Of a stretch of DNA of 64,000 nucleotides, positions 61,601-64,000 are shown one piece after another. Numbering within the stretch: the first letter of the stretch is position 1; each line of letters starts with the position of its first letter. The DNA is taken from positions 2,040 through 66,039 of the IMG/VR virus record IMGVR_UViG_3300010259_000001; one strand, written 5' to 3'. The notes under the pieces were generated by a model. It saw only the letters and a list, made by a program, of their open reading frames with translations, did no database searches and was not told the origin of the DNA. The translations under genes and the position numbers were made by a program. The DNA is from a virus.

Positions 61601-64000
61601 GGTGTCGTTGACAACAACGTCCTGTAGCGTTTCCCAGTCGCCGTTCTTGTATATCTCCACAACGGTTCTGATACCTCTGTCACTGGCATTGTTCGGGAAG
61701 CGATACATCGGGATAGATGTTTTCTGTCCTCCCACCTGTAACGAGGTCTCACGTGTATAGTTGAGGGTCTGCACACTCTCGCACGTTACATCAACGGCAA
61801 TAATGCTGATGTTCTTTGTGGCGGTGTTGCCTCCATCGTCAGTGATAACAGCTTGCAGGGGCAATTCTCCTGCGTTCTGACACAGGCTACTCAAATCGAA
61901 CTCAAAGGAGTAGTCGGTAAGTGTGGCACTCGATGCCTTTCTCGGATTGAAGAAAGCAACGGTACTCTTCGTGGTGCGGTTCACGAAGTTTACACTCATG
62001 ATGCTGTTCGATGTCTCTTGACTGCCTGCCTTGGTAACAGACATGATGGCAGCTTTCACGAGGAACGAGCCACCTGCCTTGCCGTAGAAAGGATTATCCT
62101 TGAACGCTACGGCAATGGTAGTACCTGTGCCACCACCGCTGCCGGTGCCGACATTAAACTGTATCTCGTCGCCTACATCGTCGCCCTCGGCATTAACAAG
62201 TTTCAGCTTCACTACACCCTCGGTCTCGGTGTCAACGTCCAGTCCAGCAGGGATATGGGTGTATGCACCACCAGTAGAGAGTGCATCTTCACCGTCTTTC
62301 TCCGGCTCGTCGCTGGTCTCTACCTCGCTTCCACCTCCGAAGTCTTTCCACAAACCTATCTCACCGAAGCCTGTCACCTCGCCTTGGAACTGTTTTGTTT
62401 CCATCACATTCTCGGCGGTGCGGTAACTGATGATAAGTCCTTTCTTGGCATAGCTCACACCTGTCTCACGCTGATATTCTATCAGTCGCGTAACGGCTGT
62501 TGCCAGCGTGTAGAACTCACCTGCCACTGGTGCGCCTATCATATCGTCGATGATGATGTAGGTCTCGCTGCCTGCGGCAAGACTTCCAAAGTCTTTCCAA
62601 TTCTCGGAGTTATACCAGTTGACTTCGTTCACGGTCTTACCAATGAACTGATAGGTTTTCCATATTCCCGAACCTACCTCAAAGCTGATGATAAGTCCGC
62701 TGGTCGCTTTCTTAGCGTTCCATGCTGCATGAACGGCTGATATGCCTGTGTTCTCGGTGTCGCACAGTACATAGTAACCACTGATGGGAACTTGGTTGGT
62801 AACATTGAAGATACCGCTGGAGCTGGAGCCACCAATCTGCTTCAAGTCTGCATCGTCGGCATCGTACATATAGATGTCGCTGCCAAGGATATATAGCTTC
62901 TCGGTGTATGGAGTAGTGGTGTTTGGCTGCATCCACTTGTCTTGCGTATTCCAGGCATTGTAGTATTTACCATCGCGCTTCACGACGAACTGCCCAAGGC
63001 TCTCTGAAAAGTAAACATCGGACGGAAATACATTCGTAATTCCTGTCTTCTGTATGGTGATTGCGCCTGTCACGATGCCACCAATCTTAATAGCGTGATG
63101 CGCCTTGTTATCGGCTTCAAGAGCCTCATCGCCATCCACCACTATACGATTAAGTTCTGTGATGCGGTCGTCCAATTCATCAAGGTTGTCGTAGATTTCC
63201 GAGCCAAACAGCTCCTGCACCCATTCGGGAACATCACTACCTTGGTAATGGCCATCGAATAAAAATGGGTCATTTGCACCGTCGGTGGAATAACACACAC
63301 ATTCAACGACACGTGTTCCAAATCGGCTTGCCATCGTTTCGTCACCTCGATGCAAACAGAACACTATCCATGTAGTATCACCATCCGACAATGTGCAAAG
63401 ACGGCACTCTACAGGATAGCCGTTATATACATACGCACCAGCCTTTGGCAACACGGAGTTTTCTTCCATGTAGTTGGAAAGTTCTACGATGTACGCTTTC
63501 TTCTGCTCGTCTGTTGAGAGTGATTGTAAGGCCGCGGCGGCAGTTGACATTTGCTGTGCAAGTGCCGTGATGTTGGTCTCGTTCGTGTCTGCCTTGCTCT
63601 TGGCTGCATTGGCGGTATTCTGTACGTTGTTCAGTTGGTTGCCAAGCGTCGTAAGCTGCTGCGTGTGACTGGTGATGTTGGTCTCGGCGGTCTGTACCCT
63701 TGCCGCTACCTCGTCAATATCCTCCTGCAACTGCGCAACGCCCTCGGTGTACTGGCTCATGTCAACAGTGACTTCTATTGTGCCACCTGTGGCAACCCAG
63801 TCACCACCATTGCCGATGTAGGCAGTGAAAGGTGTTGAGGCACCGACACCTGCCATCCAGCCGTCATGAGGATTGGGATATGCCTCGCGCAAGGCTTGAA
63901 CAGTAAGGAACACGCCCTTGTTAGCACCCTTGATGTTAGGTGCTTCAAGCCACCCATCTACTTTGAGATTGTGGCCGATGTGAGTACTTCCGGCTATCTC
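55664..64000 (-). CDS. tail fibre / receptor-binding protein, DGR target 1 (5' end beyond window)
   Basis: The ORF-track start at 63913 is GTG. I translated upstream and the frame stays open to nt 64000 (EIAGSTHIGHNLKVDGWLEAPNIKGANKG-VFLTVQ...). N-terminal coiled coil (TQQLTTLGNQLNNVQNTANAAKSKADTNETNITALAQQ). TAG stop. Confidence 0.85.
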   Translation of the reverse strand, partial: EIAGSTHIGHNLKVDGWLEAPNIKGANKGVFLTVQALREAYPNPHDGWMAGVGASTPFTAYIGNGGDWVATGGTIEVTVDMSQYTEGVAQLQEDIDEVAARVQTAETNITSHTQQLTTLGNQLNNVQNTANAAKSKADTNETNITALAQQMSTAAAALQSLSTDEQKKAYIVELSNYMEENSVLPKAGAYVYNGYPVECRLCTLSDGDTTWIVFCLHRGDETMASRFGTRVVECVCYSTDGANDPFLFDGHYQGSDVPEWVQELFGSEIYDNLDELDDRITELNRIVVDGDEALEADNKAHHAIKIGGIVTGAITIQKTGITNVFPSDVYFSESLGQFVVKRDGKYYNAWNTQDKWMQPNTTTPYTEKLYILGSDIYMYDADDADLKQIGGSSSSGIFNVTNQVPISGYYVLCDTENTGISAVHAAWNAKKATSGLIISFEVGSGIWKTYQFIGKTVNEVNWYNSENWKDFGSLAAGSETYIIIDDMIGAPVAGEFYTLATAVTRLIEYQRETGVSYAKKGLIISYRTAENVMETKQFQGEVTGFGEIGLWKDFGGGSEVETSDEPEKDGEDALSTGGAYTHIPAGLDVDTETEGVVKLKLVNAEGDDVGDEIQFNVGTGSGGGTGTTIAVAFKDNPFYGKAGGSFLVKAAIMSVTKAGSQETSNSIMSVNFVNRTTKSTVAFFNPRKASSATLTDYSFEFDLSSLCQNAGELPLQAVITDDGGNTATKNISIIAVDVTCESVQTLNYTRETSLQVGGQKTSIPMYRFPNNASDRGIRTVVEIYKNGDWETLQDVVVNDTYPHNVSIDPTGLGHGAYPIRIQGTDVASGTRGNVLHTAVMVIEQREEVADYDKPIVVARWSDDSDGEVKLFETLKIDLACYQRSKNPCVVEVTMTNETTDTTETLSESSMYRNRYYTIEKRVVGYSQGDTLTFDATCGVASLAETREVLVNGSLLDIAETEGALYKISLAGRSNTDTDKTIKTQATDGTEKEIVVTGSNYSTNGFVLDTFGTEQSGGRMSLRVAENVTAECTDQPFASTSIPTNGLALSMTFKVKNIAKRNAHIIKCLGERLGFVLTGEKFIVTTNGDSDEALANVHTTAATSYLDDVVYRFDIVIEPQARAPYSGVMLCKVFQNGDMAACVPIDTSSAFPVFGDTIHFDGSDADLYLYEIVRWNTYYDFIQAFNNYIVNLTDTQAMLTEYEQNQVMADITAEGVTKPRPDMQKLIDRGVMVCVETRTSDANLSKDGAAVTDSEIYYPDYIENIKDKKTQVLMDWYLYFPDRPWADCMIEAIPVTNQGTSTLAYAIKNKKGKAKKAKRIVMLHTREEVSKMYNGDETILAKYDEAVKLAAKKKIRIKDGSTPISTITIKVDYSDSAGANNCALMEQMNDVQIALGRNYMTPAQIFNTDSSEELHTSIDGVTCALFRTDYRIGQEKGSEAATLPENAYFHSKANFNADKGNPHFFGFEDVPGYNKGCVNYGDFKEIVTPRGTNIDAYKATVLAGSASLIPGMLYMISEFCGPETRFIENDGTGAMTETDAVAEFVEVDKTGAEIAADDVSDYDWATVYRSTDGKYYKYTGGVWRDTTGSMTYESSTGKWVIVGRVLNPVECYEYRQYQEFCWQQGVNSVDDMLETLHTDDGDVPIWSTYYESRYPDDDDLNDLYAQGRKVPYQLFRELLFCQQCNQNLTDDHEENAALNPDGSEKIFNGDGASLTITLDGNTVAGTKTNRLLKWQHEMHHYFNPYSTNHYIVASDYKATVDQRAKNMMIAVYKETDGNMRYYFNHWYDGDSVDEADNDCYLTIPWDMDGANSHLYQGWDGVMFRQSFALFERGEGVWIDDNGTQLTLHNTAAAMRSAKTGAGLEIFSAAGSYRYWMTNRILKWAKVVSSFDGQRKYIETATAADNHYPALHGLRLESLPAFQRKRFAYRDGYYQTGDLFKHFFQARVMGAITVKITAAQDGYFGMGVDSTSSAKYSCYLRAGESHTFTEAAAGVGGKLIYIFGADKLSELDLSGCTPKNSNWVIADCTLLRKLIIGGESYTPSYTDDILSALSLGQMPFLEEIDIRNTKVLTLNASGCPRLKKVQASGSSLRSFSSAQSSPLQTLTLPSSMTELSFVNLPSLGYPNGGVSFDGLANVTRIQLSGCPSIDAQQLLADVINAGARLAEVQIDSYDMTGNSRTLETMQSLGTRGIGSEQTNVCDGMNGSWIMSNLVEDAIFANLVAYFPNLTLYNAQYTLIEFDDAMEFDGNIRNLDNNTTDGVDDGYIPSGHITKLQSQLHVYKGTFNESTNKMQLEQVSDSDLYHLANGLDLDITDTNGTGYDLFLGLPHYWYKGINDHVNNKKYIAFSTETNTPSSTARNVNRDTLSNLLVKSLSSVYVGNFNVGDVFDADNLTDSSANNVYSMDVENMKQVRWPGINSNLIGAVFLDKNDKVISTVYTYITHANSDFVQGEYVFVDVPAGAAKFVFCTPQGYDDLECIAVDSAAVEAIEPDWVEHQFELIGVYKGSVDNLNRLRSISGAIPKRGTGTSSTSNIWKYDENGNVTNNLPQAGTSLNFTCKDFQNIVQCRGKGYQLVDYEMHKDIANLWMAIHGRRNSQAVNGVGVGVVNTGTTDGANRSPFYETTTGRPRTLGLEDWWGCAWEWMDNVAVNVASFDAYKKNKSQVPSGSVVDHIWRIRMADGTERAVQGVNNSDQEVCRVRHGRFCDVVPSKTVSNSNYNTYYCDGQYYSASTGRCVLRSGGVTNSYVGFVYCVAYNDASNSNTNCGSRLAFRGEIEFVE
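55688..55808 (-). repeat. DGR variable region VR1 plus IMH-like 3' end
   Basis: 55697-55807 aligns to TR 55378-55488 (offset 319). There are 13 mismatches, all at TR adenines. Encodes GGVTNSYVGFVYCVAYNDASNSNTNCGSRL. Confidence 0.9.
56066..56110 (-). other. FGE/C-type-lectin-fold signature in fibre C-terminal domain
   Basis: GLEDWWGCAWEWMDN resembles the G-x-x-D-M-x-GNVWEW block of FGE-sulfatase-type DGR targets. Confidence 0.55.
57560..57990 (-). other. leucine-rich-repeat-like segment in fibre
   Basis: LSELDLSGCTPKN...LEEIDIRNTKVLTLNASGCPRLKKVQASGSSLRSF...LQTLTLPSSMTELSFVNLPSL...VTRIQLSGCPSI. Confidence 0.5.

Noticed and set aside
1-64000. Scan for tRNA, rRNA, CRISPR arrays and transposase/IS elements
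   Set aside because: None found. The intergenic tracts are short and are explained by promoters, terminators or att-like repeats. The only long-range repeats are the DGR TR, VR1 and VR2.

Overview
This is a gene-dense 64-kb stretch of a temperate tailed phage of Bacteroidota type. The host inference rests on TAnnTTTG promoter boxes, absence of Shine-Dalgarno sequences, and Bacteroidota-typical families. The DNA appears to be in excised or circular form, because phage genes lie on both sides of the integrase.

Layout:
1. Minus-strand head module, 28553 down to 1: two Gly/charged internal-protein-like genes, one uninterrupted 20,091-nt (6,696-codon) multidomain gene, portal, terL, scaffold, and a capsid gene cut by the left edge.
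2. An isolated + gene, an AT-rich repeat-laden attP candidate, and a tyrosine integrase.
3. A leftward repressor operon and a rightward early operon, separated by an operator/promoter region.
4. Recombination and replication genes: RecT-like, PD-(D/E)XK nuclease, SNF2 helicase, HU, DUF1064, DUF4373 initiator, DnaC-like ATPase.
5. A methyltransferase-rich block.
6. Minus-strand late block, 64000 down to 49608: a tail-fibre gene of more than 2,778 codons running off the right edge, a diversity-generating retroelement (DGR; template repeat TR plus reverse transcriptase), and a holin-amidase lysis cassette.

Most notable:
- The DGR has two variable regions (VR) that differ from TR only at TR adenines. 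One is in the fibre C-terminus. The other is 13 kb away on the opposite strand, in a small early gene abutting the methyltransferases. No Avd-like gene is present.
- The giant gene chains ParB-like, pyrophosphatase-like, N6-adenine methyltransferase and SNF2 helicase modules with thousands of codons I cannot assign.

All functional calls rest on motif recognition by eye; no database search was possible. I saw no tRNA, rRNA or CRISPR array.
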